The notes below the pieces were generated by a model. That model made no database searches. It had not been told where the DNA came from and saw nothing but the letters and a program-made list of their open reading frames with translations. Both the position numbers and the translations under genes were made by a program. From Octopus sinensis (taxonomy: Eukaryota): a DNA stretch of 64,000 nt. Every line of letters begins with the position of its first letter. Position 1 is the stretch's first letter. Shown piece by piece: positions 40,181 through 53,900 of this stretch. The stretch is from positions 106,516,001-106,580,000 of the forward strand of contig NC_042997.1 in NCBI RefSeq assembly GCF_006345805.1, in the 5' to 3' direction.

Positions 40181-43100
40181 AAAATAGTAAAGTGTGAAAA
40201 AACGACAGAAGGCTTAAATGTTAAAAAATATATATATTTGTGTCAAAATGTCTGGAGAATATTGGAAAAATTTTTTTTCCTTTCCTTAAAATGACATAAT
40301 TTTAAAATTTTTTAAAGAAATTACCGGTTTCGCGTGTAGCTTTTCAAATTTCTTGTGACGTTATGTTTATATTGCATGGAATTATCGTTGTTTTTATTTC
40401 CAGGAGATTTCTAAATAAGGGGAGGTAGTGAGTGATTTTTTCCGGTGTAGGGGAGATAATCGCTTAAAAATTTTTTTTCCCTTTTCCTTGTTAATTTCTC
40501 TGTGTCAGTATGTTCGGATGGTTGAGTCTGGGTTTGTACTTTTCAATGAAGAATGTTTCCTTGTTCAGTCTCATTTGTGTTGATGATCCGAAAGCACATT
40601 GGTAAAATGGGAAGATTAAAAATTGTGGCAGTAGTTGCTTTGCGCATTTCTCAATGTGCTCACTAAAAGGTATCATTCTATATTCTGGGAATGCAATCTG
40701 TTGTCGATGCAGTGTGCATCTGCGCCTGAGTGATAGTCCCGTGGAACCCACGTAGTCTTGGTGGCAGCCCGAGCATTTAATAACATAAATTATGTTTTCA
40801 GAGGCACAAGTAAAGTTAGATTTGATCTTAAATTTCTGTCCCTCTTAAAGAAGAATTCTGATCCTTCCAATAGGTTAGGACATGTTGCACAGTTCAATCT
40901 ACCACATTTTTTTACTTTTGCATCCGTAATTTTAGAAGACAATTTTGCCTTTGTGAGAATCTTTTTAAGTGATTTAGGCTGTTTGTAGCTTTTAATGATT
41001 TGGTGTATGTTTAGAATTTCCTTTAATTTTGGGTTTTTATGAAGTATTGGTAAATTCTGGGTGATGATGGTGAAGGCTTCTTTGTTTCTGGGGTTGTATG
41101 TAGATATGTAAGGTAGTATTTTCGGGGAAGGTGTGTTGTTGTGTTGAACTTTTCTTAAAGTTTCTATGTTGATTTCTGTTGCACGTCTGATCCCATCCTC
41201 TATGAGTTGAGCTGGGTAATGTCTGTCAATTAGGGTGTTTTTGAGTTCTTGCAGTCTAAAGTTCCTGGTATTTTGTTCTGACACTATTGTGCATATCCTT
41301 CTTGCAAGGTTGAAGGGGATGTTTGTTTTAGTGTGTCTTGGGTGGCATGAATTAAAAAGAAGGTATTGTTTGGCGTCTGTGGCTTTGTAAAAAATGTCTG
41401 TTTCTATTTTAAGGTTAATTTTTTTAATTAGTATATCCAAGAACGGGAGCTCCTTTTGGTTGTATTCCATTGTGAACTGTATATTTGGGTTTATGCTGTT
41501 CAATAGGTTTTTAAATTTTAGGAGTTTATCTATGTTTTCATTCCAGAGAATGAAACAATCGTCTAGGAATCGTTTCCAATTCTCTTTTATGTATTGAGAG
41601 AGGGAGTTTCCAAAGATTGATAGAGATTCCTGGTAAATGATTATTTCCATGTATCCCATTGTTAAGTTCGCAATGACTGGTGCTGCCCTTGTACCCATAG
41701 CAATTCCGGATTTTTGACGGTAAAATGTATTGTCAAACATGAAGTGGTTATTGTGTAGGATGAATTCAATTGATTTAGTAATGAATTCCTTACTGATCCT
41801 TTTTGGTATTTCTTCCGGAAATTGGTCTAACCAGAATTGTATTGCCTCCAGTCCATAATTATGAGGTATACTGGTATACAAGTTGACTACATCAAATGAA
41901 ACCAGGATTGTTTCTTCCTTGGTTTTTTTTGGAAGGTGGTTTAACATATCTAAGTCATCTCTGATATGGCTATCGATATGTTTAAGGAAGGGTTTCAAGA
42001 GGATGTCCATAAGTAGACTTAGTCTGTGTGTTTCACAGGTTGGGCCAGCTACAATGGGTCGTAGTTTTAGGTCCCCCGGATTAGGTGTGTGTATGTATGT
42101 CTTTGGTGATTTTTTAATTTGACTTTTATGAATTTTTGGCAGACCATAGAAAAGGCTAGGTTTGCATTTAAAGTTTGTTAGGAAATCAATCTCTTTGGTT
42201 GTCAGTTCCTTTTCATGGGTTTTAATTAGTGAAGATAGAGTTTTCATTATTTTTTGTGGGGTGTAGTTGGTAATTTTTTCATAATGTAGGTCTTCATCTC
42301 TATCAATCTTTGGAAACTCCCTCTCTCAATACATAAAAGAGAATTGGAAACGATTCCTAGACGATTGTTTCATTCTCTGGAATGAAAACATAGATAAACT
42401 CCTAAAATTTAAAAACCTATTGAACAGCATAAACCCAAATATACAGTTCACAATGGAATACAACCAAAAGGAGCTCCCGTTCTTGGATATACTAATTAAA
42501 AAAATTAACCTTAAAATAGAAACAGACATTTTTTACAAAGCCACAGACGCCAAACAATACCTTCTTTTTAATTCATGCCACCCAAGACACACTAAAACAA
42601 ACATCCCCTTCAACCTTGCAAGAAGGATATGCACAATAGTGTCAGAACAAAATACCAGGAACTTTAGACTGCAAGAACTCAAAAACACCCTAATTGACAG
42701 ACATTACCCAGCTCAACTCATAGAGGATGGGATCAGACGTGCAACAGAAATCAACATAGAAACTTTAAGAAAAGTTCAACACAACAACACACCTTCCCCG
42801 AAAATACTACCTTACATATCTACATACAACCCCAGAAACAAAGAAGCCTTCACCATCATCACCCAGAATTTACCAATACTTCATAAAAACCCAAAATTAA
42901 AGGAAATTCTAAACATACACCAAATCATTAAAAGCTACAAACAGCCTAAATCACTTAAAAAGATTCTCACAAAGGCAAAATTGTCTTCTAAAATTACGGA
43001 TGCAAAAGTAAAAAAATGTGGTAGATTGAACTGTGCAACATGTCCTAACCTATTGGAAGGATCAGAATTCTTCTTTAAAGAGGGACAGAAATTTAAGATC

Positions 43101-46100
43101 AAATCTAACTTTACTTGTGCCTCTGAAAACATAATTTATGTTATTAAATGCTCGGGCTGCCACCAAGACTACGTGGGTTCCACGGGACTATCACTCAGGC
43201 GCAGATGCACACTGCATCGACAACAGATTGCATTCCCAGAATATAGAATGATACCTTTTAGTGAGCACATTGAGAAATGCGCAAAGCAACTACTGCCACA
43301 ATTTTTAATCTTCCCATTTTACCAATGTGCTTTCGGATCATCAACACAAATGAGACTGAACAAGGAAACATTCTTCATTGAAAAGTACAAACCCAGACTC
43401 AACCATCCGAACATACTGACACAGAGAAATTAACAAGGAAAAGGGAAAAAAAATTTTTAAGCGATTATCTCCCCTACACCGGAAAAAATCACTCACTACC
43501 TCCCCTTATTTAGAAATCTCCTGGAAATAAAAACAACGATAATTCCATGCAATATAAACATAACGTCACAAGAAATTTGAAAAGCTACACGCGAAACCGG
43601 TAATTTCTTTAAAAAATTTTAAAATTATGTCATTTTAAGGAAAGGGAAAAAAAATTTTTCCAATATTCTCCAGACATTTTGACACAAATATATATATTTT
43701 TTAACATTTAAGCCTTCTGTCGTTTTTTCACACTTTACTATTTTTTTATATATTCACCCACGTGCTTTACCAAACAAACTTTCTTATATATACATATATA
43801 TATATATATAAATTAATAATAAATATTAGGGAATAAATCAGATTTAGGATTGAATCCAATTTTATAGTAAAATATTATATTATATTAAATTAGAGATAAA
43901 ACCACTATTAGGCAAATCATACAATGAAAAACTTAAGCCAATACATACGATTATTTAATTTATATTATTTAAATATATAACAAAATTATTAAAAAAATAT
44001 AATTAATATAACACTACAATCGTTTCATGGCTGTTAATTTCTTTAAATTTTCGAGTTAGTCATTCATCAGGTGGTTTAAATATTTAACTTGGTGAAAACA
44101 GCCATTAAACGATCGTAGTGTTATATTAATTATATTTTTTTTTATAATTTTGTTATATATTTAAATAATATAAATTAAATAATCTTATGTATTGGCTTAA
44201 GTTTTTCATTGTATGATTTGCCTAATAGTGGTTTTATCTCTAATTTAATATAATATATATATATATATATATATGAACAAGTAGAAGGTTAAATTTTTCA
44301 ACAAGTAAATACTGACAGAACAGAATATATAGAATAAAATCCCTTTAGAGCAAAACAATTTGTCAGCAACCAACCATGACGTAATATATTTTAATTATAT
44401 ATTAATTATATTAATGTTTTTGTCTTTATGTTAAATTATAATAAAGACAATTTTGCATTAAACTAAAGGATCACTCAATACTTTTTGTAGAGTATATTTT
44501 TATTATTCTTCAACAAGAATACTATTGATCATGACTTCGAAGTTTCAATTTGCTTAGCCTTCATTGGATTGTTGAATGCTAAGCAGTTTTTAAATTAATT
44601 TGAGTGAATCTAATTTAATTTGATTATGTATCACAATCATGTAATTATATATCTGGTACTATCTATCTTAATGAAACAGCTGTTGAGCACAATTAAAGCA
44701 TGAACTATATTGGAAATTTATGCTTTTTGCTAAATATGATGCTCTTAAAAGACCGTTTTGGCCAGTTATGTATTTACATGCAAGTCAGTCCTTGTAATAA
44801 CCTATCAAAATTTAACTGAGCTCTTAAATAATCCCTCATCTCTTAAATATAGAAGCATATACATTTATTTGTATAACACCTCTTTATAAAATCGGACCAA
44901 TGCTATAGGACATTAATCTTACTGACAAAATAATAACCCTGTTCAGATCACACAAAGTTGCTTTAATGTAAAGAGGTTACCAGAACATTCCAGTCTTGTA
45001 TCCACAGTTCCGCAAGATACTCTCTGTGTAAGCACATGTTGAACCCTTTCCTTTTGTGCCAGCAATATGGACCACAGACAGCTGATCTAACTTTTCCATC
45101 TAAAAACAAAACAAAGAATAAGCAAAGATTACATAAGATTATATTATGAATATATATTAGAGTGTTTGGAAAGTAATTGTGTTTTATCAAAAAAGGGATC
45201 TTTTCGGTTTGAACGGCAGTTTTTTAACATAATTTCTAGGTAACTAAAAAATTTTAAACTTCGTATACTGGTAGAATGTGTTTATAAAACATCTTTTTCT
45301 CTTGGCTTTATTGAGAAAATTCTATAGTTTGTAAGATATTTCTTGTTTTTTTCTTCAATTTCTGCAATTTCAACCAATCAATTACATCCATTAAGGTAAA
45401 AAAAACATTCTGTGCTGTATGAATATGTCCCTCGTTTAAGAAACAGATTGGGTTTATTTACATTTGTGAAGAAAAAAAGATACCCTTCCCCCCACCCCTA
45501 ACCCTAAAACAGATTGAAATGCAATAGATCGATACTAGGGTCATAATTATGGGTGACAATTTCATATGACACCACTAGAAAAAACTGCCATTCAAACCGA
45601 AAAGATGCCCAAAAAGATATAAAAATGAATGTAAACTACATTTATCTGAATAGTTTTAATGAAGAACATAATCACTATCGATTTCAACAACTGCAACCCA
45701 ATGGGAAAGTACCTTTTTTATTCCACATTCAAAGAAACCTATTTCGTTTCCTGAAAAAATTTTGAAAGACTGTCTTTAACTTCCCCTCTGTTTCAAAATG
45801 CTTTGCCTCTTATAAAATGTTCTAGTGATCAGAACAGATGGAAATCCATAGGTGCTAAGTCAGGTGAGTATGGAGGATGTGGCAGAACTTCCCATCCTAA
45901 TGATCTTAGTTTTTCTTGAGTTTGTTTCAAAGAGTGTGGCCATACATTGTCATACTGGAGAATAACACTTTTTCTGTTTACCAAAGCTGGCCACTTCTGA
46001 CATAATTTTTCATTTACACAATAAAGTTGTTGGCTATAGATATCTGCATTGTTGACCCTTCTATGTTCCAGTAGCTCATAATGGATGGTATCTTTCATGT

Positions 46101-47950
46101 TCCACAAAACATAGAATGAGGATTTTTGTAGATGGAGTTCTGGTTTTGGTGTTGGCATTGACCATTCATTACATGATAATCAGTGTCTTTTTAATTTTCT
46201 TTTGTGATGCAAAACCCATTTTTTCATCACCTGTAACAATGCCCAGTAGAAATGACAGGTTGTTATTCCTGGTTAGAAGACTGCTGCAGATGATGACATA
46301 TTGTGTTCAATTCTGAAGCATAAGCTCATGTGGAACCAAATTCCCTTTTTGCAGGTTTTCCCAATGTTTGAGGTGTTCATGGATAGCTGAACATGACATA
46401 TTAAATTTTTGTGCCAAATCTGTGGTGCTTTGATGTGGATCTTCCAGAGGGAAGCTTGTCGGATATGTCACAATCACCATCTTTAAACTTCTTAAATCAT
46501 AGCAAACAGGTACAAGCTTTCACTGCATCCAGATACACTTCACAAATGTCTTTCATTGCTTCTATAGCAGTACTTATATAGTAAGCAATGGTGAATATGT
46601 TGCTTCATAAACTTCTTATTTTCCATGGGATTAATTACCAAAACAACTACAAATGACACACTACCGAACAGAAGAGATGATATACTATTTCTAAAAGAGC
46701 CCTCCCATCCAACTTTGACTCTGATGTAATTAGTTGATTGCACTTGACCATAAATGTTCACTGACTAGTCTTATGGAGTGAAAATTTTGTCTTTCCAGAC
46801 AAATAACTGTTTATTATATATGTATGTATATATATATATATATATTATATATATATATATATATATACATACATACATACACACAAATACATATATACAT
46901 ACACATAATATATCAGCTAATACCTGTTTAATATTCATATTGATCAATTGAAAGTCAGAGACTGAAATGGAGTAATAGTCCCTGAAGAGTATAGTTTGAG
47001 GTGGATCTGAAATTAACTATTAGTTAGGAGCAGCATCAATTTTATACTCGGTATTCTTGGAAGCAAATGTCTTTTATAATTAAGTTGCCAAACCACCTTT
47101 CAAGACACATTTCTCAAATGTCAAAAGATCACTCAGTTGTGTCTCATAATTGGGTTGTTGCATGCATAAAAGAACACTCGAAAGTCACCTCATCACCAAA
47201 CAGGAATTATTTGTCAACACAATATCTGCAAGATGACCATTAAGAAAGCAAAAGATGCCTTCATGCAATTGCACATCTTGCAAGCTCACAAATTACTCCA
47301 AACTGCAACTAAGCTTCCTGGTCTCCTGCCAACTTTGAAGAATTTTGACTTGCAACCACTTCTTGATAAACATGGTTCCATAAAGTAGCTTACTTGCAAA
47401 TAAAGCCTCCCCCTCCACACACACACACACACACACCACACACACACACACACACTCACGAGCTTATTTGACATCTGACTTCACACTGCACACACAAAAG
47501 ATCAATGCTCAGAATAAAATACCTCTAAAACTCCTCCACGTGTCTCACTACGAATTAGGGAATTCAAGATAAAGAAGATGATGTTGCATAGGATGCTTTG
47601 ATTAAACAAAGAACTGATGTTCATGATGTAATGGTTGGGTTTGGAGTTAACAAAAAATATCCTGGGTATCTGCAGAGTTGATGTGTCAGTCAGGAATACA
47701 AGTAGAAGAAAAGACTAACTGATGCAGACAATTCAAAATAGCAAATGGTTTGACTCTCAACAGCAGCAGTGTTGGTAAGGAGCAAGAGTACAAGAAACTT
47801 TGAGTCTAAATTATTAGAGAGGAATAATAATAAATAGAAGTCACAACCAGCTTCAGCAAGAGAGAGAGAGAGGAGGGAGGGGGAAGAGGACAGGATTTAC
47901 AAAAAGAAAGTAAATAGATGGCACACTGCTGCTGATTAATACTGTGTGTG

Positions 47951-47987
<37 letters not shown>

Positions 47988-50900
47988 AGGGAGACAGTCA
48001 GAGTAGATTGTAAAGACTACTGTTAAAATACATGTGTGTGTGTGTATTACGTCATGCAGGCAATATAATAACGCAACTGTAGCCCCTGCAGCCACCAAAC
48101 TGAGCCCCTTTTATCTGCAACAGTGTATTTAACAATGTGCAACTAAGTACATTTAGTTTTGTATCACTACAACATCCTTTTCTTTAAGCAATTCACGCAC
48201 TAATAAAACTGACAAATGAAAATAGGGTTTCTTCTCTCTCAAAGAAAAAAATAAAGAAGAAATTGTTTTGTTACAAGAGTAATACACAATATGTACTTTA
48301 AATAACATGAACAGCTTTATGGTGCAAAGTTTTCATAGCACTCTGGTGTTTTCACTCTTCTACCTGATCTTGTGATTCTTTTAGGGGTTGGTGTTGAGCA
48401 CTTCTCATGCATTTGGTCATTATTTTGTGTTTCTGTGTTTTATCAGGAGGAGCATTTGTGGTTTCTTTCTTTGAGTTGAGTAACATGTTCCATGGAGTTT
48501 GTAGGGATCCTAACATGTTTTATGGGGTTTGTGGAGTCAGTTGGATGATCTGAAAGATGTTTCCATCAGTGTGATCTGTTCATACTGTTCGTCTATGCCT
48601 ATGCCAATATCTCTCGGTTCCCTTCTGTTTCTCCACAAATCTCCATGTGTTGTTTTCATAATGTAAGACATCGGTTCTTTACATTGTCTTGCTATTTCTC
48701 CAGGTATCCAACGTTTGTTGTTTTTGTCAAAAACTTGTACAGCTTATCCTTTGTGCAACGGAGGTAATTTCATCTTTGCATGTTGATCATATGCAGTTTT
48801 CATTTGTATTTTCTTTTCTTCAAGAAGTTTTTCCTGTCTTTGAGTTTCATGATAATAGCTCCAGCATAATGGCACAAGTGTTGTGGTCATTCTGCCCAAT
48901 AGGATCTCAGCGGGTGATGGCATCTTTGAGTTTAATGGTGTAGCTCATAGATTCAACAATGCATTGTTTATATTTTTGGAATGTCATTTTGATTGTCTGT
49001 ACTTGTCTCACTATGAATACATTTGATTGTGGGAACCTTGGTGATGATGTAGTATATTGAATTCCCCCATTTCTGTGTGAATTGTTGAAATGGTTTTCCG
49101 GTATATTAAGGACCACTGTCACTGAAAATTTCGTCATATTGTTGTTTTTCTTGTGCAATACAACACCATATGATTTGGTTATTTTATGCGGTAAAACACA
49201 CACTATACAGCTGAACTGATAACAATAATCTTGTTTGGTTCTGCACTTGAAAGTTGTTATATCTGACTTCTTCCAGCAAGAATAGCTTCAAATTTTCTAC
49301 CCTCTGTTAGGGCATCTTCAAGTTTGTAGTCTCTCTCCTTTCTAAACAGCTCTTTTTGGAAGGCTTCAACGAAAATTAAAGCAATCAATAATCCATTGTT
49401 CAAGCGCTTTGTCTTCAAACTCAGCTTTTTTGCTATTGTTCGCACTCTTGTAACAAAGTCACCAATTATCTCATGCTGCTGTCTACATTCCATCAGTTTA
49501 AGACAATGTATTCTGAAATTGACGTTTGTCTTCACTTGTACCACGAACAATTCCCACAGTTTATTTGGGCTTTTTTTTTGTCAGCATCTAATAAGCTAGA
49601 TGCATTCAGACGTTCAAGTCACTCATTTCCAATGCCTCTTAATATTTTTAAGGTTATTTTCTTTCATCATCATCGTTTAACGTCCGCTTTCCATGCTAGC
49701 ATGGGTTGGACGATTTTGACTGAGGACTGGTGAACCAGATGGCTGCACCAGGCTCCAATCTTGATCTGGCAGAGTTTCTACAGCTGGATGCCCTTCCTAA
49801 TGCCAACCACTCCAAGAGTGGTTTTTACGTGCCAGTCAGGCTGTACTGGCAACGACCTCGCTTGAATCTTTTTACACATGCCACCGGCACAGGTGCCAGT
49901 AAGGCGACACTGGTAACAATCATGCTCAAATGGTGCCTTTTATGTGCCACTGGCACAGAAGCCGGTTAGCCGCTCTGTCAGCGATCACACTCATATGGTA
50001 CTCTTTGCACCCCGCTAGCACGGTGGCCAGTCATCGAATTTGATTTCTTTGCTTCTGTAATTTCCTCATCTTCACAATAGTACATGATGTTTTGTTTGAA
50101 TATTTGCAGAGCTTCAGCTGCATTGCCTGTGTGCCTTTGCATTTCCAGGAATGTGAGATGTCACCATATTGTTGTTTTTCTTGTGCAATACAACACCATA
50201 TGATTTGGTTATTTTATGTGGCAAAACACACACTATACTCTCTTTTACTCTTTTACTTGTTCCAGTCATTTGACTGCAGCCATGCTGGAGCACCGCCTTT
50301 AGTCGAGCAAATCGACCCCAGAACTTATTCTTTGTAAGCCTAGTACTTATTCTATCGATCCCTTTTGCCGAACCGCTAAGTTACGGGAACATGAACACAC
50401 CAGCATCGGTTGTCAAGCGATGTTGGGAGGACAAACACAGATACACAAACACGACAGGCTTCTTTCAGTTTCCGTCTACCAAATCCACTGACAAGACTTT
50501 GGTCGGCCTGAGGCTATAGTAGAAGACACTTGCCCAAGGTGCCACGCAGTGGGACTGAACCCGGAACCATGTGGTTGGTAAGCAAGCTACTTACCACACA
50601 GCCACTCCTGCGCCTATACAGCTGAACTGATAACAATAATCTTGTACATAAATTTGTAGCGGTGCCTCCAGCTAAACACGTGTAGTCCATTGTAGTTTGT
50701 GTGTGTATGTGTATTCTTGCAATTTGTCACTGGGTATGTTTCCTTCTTGTTCTTTTGTTTTGTGTTACATCATGTTCAATGACGATACTGGTACATTGTA
50801 GCATTTAGCAATGTCTAATGATAATGAGATTTTTTAAAATGAGCTGGTGATGCGAAAAGTTTTGTTTTGATATACAACTGTAGTCTATACAACTGTAGTC

Positions 50901-53900
50901 CCCACAGTCACCAAGCTGATCCCCTTTTATCTGCAACAGCATATTTAACAATGTGCAACTAAGTACATTTAGTTTCGTATCATTACAACAAAGTGTATGC
51001 AACAAAGAGAAAGAGAGAGAGAGGGAAAGAAAGAAAGATTATTGTTGCTGTAAACTTGATAAAAAAATATCTATGATCAAAGGTAACAAAGCCATGACTG
51101 ACCATCCAGTCTGCTGGTTCATTTGATTGGGTTATCCAAGATGATTTTGTTTGCTGTAGTTGCTTTTAAAAGATAGTAGGGATATTTCACTGCTATTTCA
51201 AGCAGGCTGAGTGAGCACAGAGGCTCCCACAAAGCTAAATTCTGCTGGCAACAAAAACAAAAAGTGACATGCAATCAACCAACACACTGAAAACAAAGTG
51301 ACATGTGACCAAACCAAAAGAGCAGATGATATCTCATGTAAAAAAAAGAAGACAATTGAAGCAAACACATCACAGTAATCACCTGTTACTTCTGTATTTA
51401 TGTTGAACCATTGTTGTAATTCGCAATTGTAATGTTAGTTATTCATTAAATATATTTATATTGAGAACAATAAAGCAAATAATATAGGTCCATGCATCAA
51501 TTTCTTTCATGATAGTGACTGGCATCAAGCTACTATAATAAAATGGACACTAGCATACTTGACAAAGACAAAAATTTTGAGTAATTGATATGATACAGAC
51601 ATTGATGAGAAATAAATCAATATAAATGACAAATTCTGGAAAAGACAACCCCAAAATTATACCCTCCGTGATAAAAAGCAAATCACTCTAAATGATCAAT
51701 CACACATCAAAAAAAAAAAGGCAGGGGAGATAACTGTTACATTTTAATTAAAATTGATTAAATTTTGAAAGCAAAGTGAATAAGTCAAGATTTGTTCTCT
51801 TCACCAACAGTGATTTTACATGAAAAACTACCTCTAGCCTTTTAGATCAAATATGCAACTTTATGTAGCTTAGTGGTTAGGATATTAGGATTATGAGGTT
51901 GTGAGTTCAATTCCCAGTGATGTGTTATGTCCTTGAGCAAGACACTTTATTTCATGTTACTGAGTTGGCAAAAATGAGTTGTATTTATTTTTCAAAGGCC
52001 CAGCCTTGTCACATTCTGTATCACACTCAATCTCCCTGAGACCTATGTTAAGGGTACAAATGTTTGTGGAGAGCTCAGCCAATTGCACATTAATTTCACA
52101 AGTCAGCTGTTCCATTCATCAGATCAATTGGAACCTTCATCATCGTAACCAATGGAATGCCACTTAAGACTTTCCTAAGTCTTCATGCAACAGGTGAGCT
52201 TGAATATTTTTCCATAGCCATTCTTTTAATGGAGTAAAAAATGAAAAATGAATAGCTCTATTGTTTGTGTCCATATAGATGCAGGTGCGACTGTATGTTT
52301 AAGAAGTCTGATCCCCAACCATTTTGTTCTAATTTCAGACCCACTGTTTGGTACCTTGGGCAAGTGTCTTCTTCTATAGTTCTAAGCCAACCAGCACCTT
52401 GTGAGTGGATTTTGATGATGGAAACTGAGAGAAGTCCACAATGGAAACTGAGAGAAGTCCATATGTGTGTGTGTGTGTGTGTGTGTAAATGTGTGTGTGT
52501 GAGTGAGAGAGAGACTCAGGCACTATATTTGGAACTATAAAGGTATTTAAATGTTCTAACAAAATGCAGGCAGGTACCTTTCCAGCCACAGACAAAAGAG
52601 AAATCCCATGGGAATTACCACACAGAACGTTCGGCCCCGATTTATACAAAGAGATTAAAATGGCATGAATCCAGTCTTGGGACACTTTCTCAGTTCTCTA
52701 ACAGAGACAAATTAATATATTTAAGAGTTCAAACATTTTGTCACCCCCATTTTTCAAGACTTCTGCACAGATTCCAGCAGACCCTAGAGACTGATTGTTA
52801 TTCAGCTTATTCACAGCTAAATAAATGTCATTTAGAGTTGGGAAGGTGTTCAATTTTTTCTATCGTCCTCATGTCAACGGATGATGGTCTACTCAAAAGT
52901 GCGGAAAAATGTTCTACCCAGCACTTATGAATGGAAGCTGTGTCAGTCAGAAGCAAACATCCATTTGCTGTTCCCACTAGAGCTATTGAAGAAGATTTGG
53001 GGCCATATACCTCCTTAACATAAGAGTACAAACTCTTGGCATCATTTCTATCAGCTGCTTCTTCTGCCCCTTTTGCTCTCTATCATTCCACCATTCCTGT
53101 TTAATTTTCCTTAGAGCAGTCTGCACTTTCCTTTTCAGCTATCTGTAAGCTTCGTTTGAGTTGGGGTTCAAGGACTGAGAAAGAAGTGTATTGCCTAAGT
53201 TTTGTCTTTCTGAAAGTAGATCATGAATTTCTGCTGATCTATCTGAGAACCAATCACTGGACTTATGTGATTTAAATCCTACTGGAGAACTTGCAGCCTG
53301 AAATACTTTTGTTTTGAAATCTTCCCATAGATTGTTTGGGTCAAGATTGATACTTTCTATAGCATTGTTGTATCTTTGCAAGTTGCTTGATAATTTAAAG
53401 TTGGCAACATTTAACTTTTTGGGTACCTTAGGACCAGACTGTCGATTTTTAGGCATTATCGAAAAATCTATTTTTCCACGCACTAGATGATGGTCTATCC
53501 AGCTCTCTGCCCCTCTCATGGCCCGAATGCTAGAAACATCTTTCATATCACATTTCCTGATCAGAATATAATCTATGAGATGAAAGTGCTTAGATCTTGG
53601 GTGCATCCAGGTGGTTTTATATTTATTTTACTGCTTAAACAGAGTGTTGGTGACAACCAGATTATTCTCAGTACAAAGCGTCAAAAGAGCTAGTCCATTT
53701 TTATTGCATTTTCCAATCCCATGTCAACCTAAAACAGACCATGAGACATAGCCCTTTCCAAATCTTGCATTGAAATCTCCCGATATGACCAGCTTGTCAA
53801 AAATTGGTGCTTTCTTCAATAATTGTGCAAGATCATCATAAAACTGTCCTACAGTTTCATCAGAATGGGACATTGTTGGTGCATAAATACTGACAACAGT

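Noticed and set aside
44981-44982. Split codon TG|N at a usually Ser position, raising a possible TGA/selenocysteine
   Set aside because: The next exon starts with T, giving TGT (Cys).
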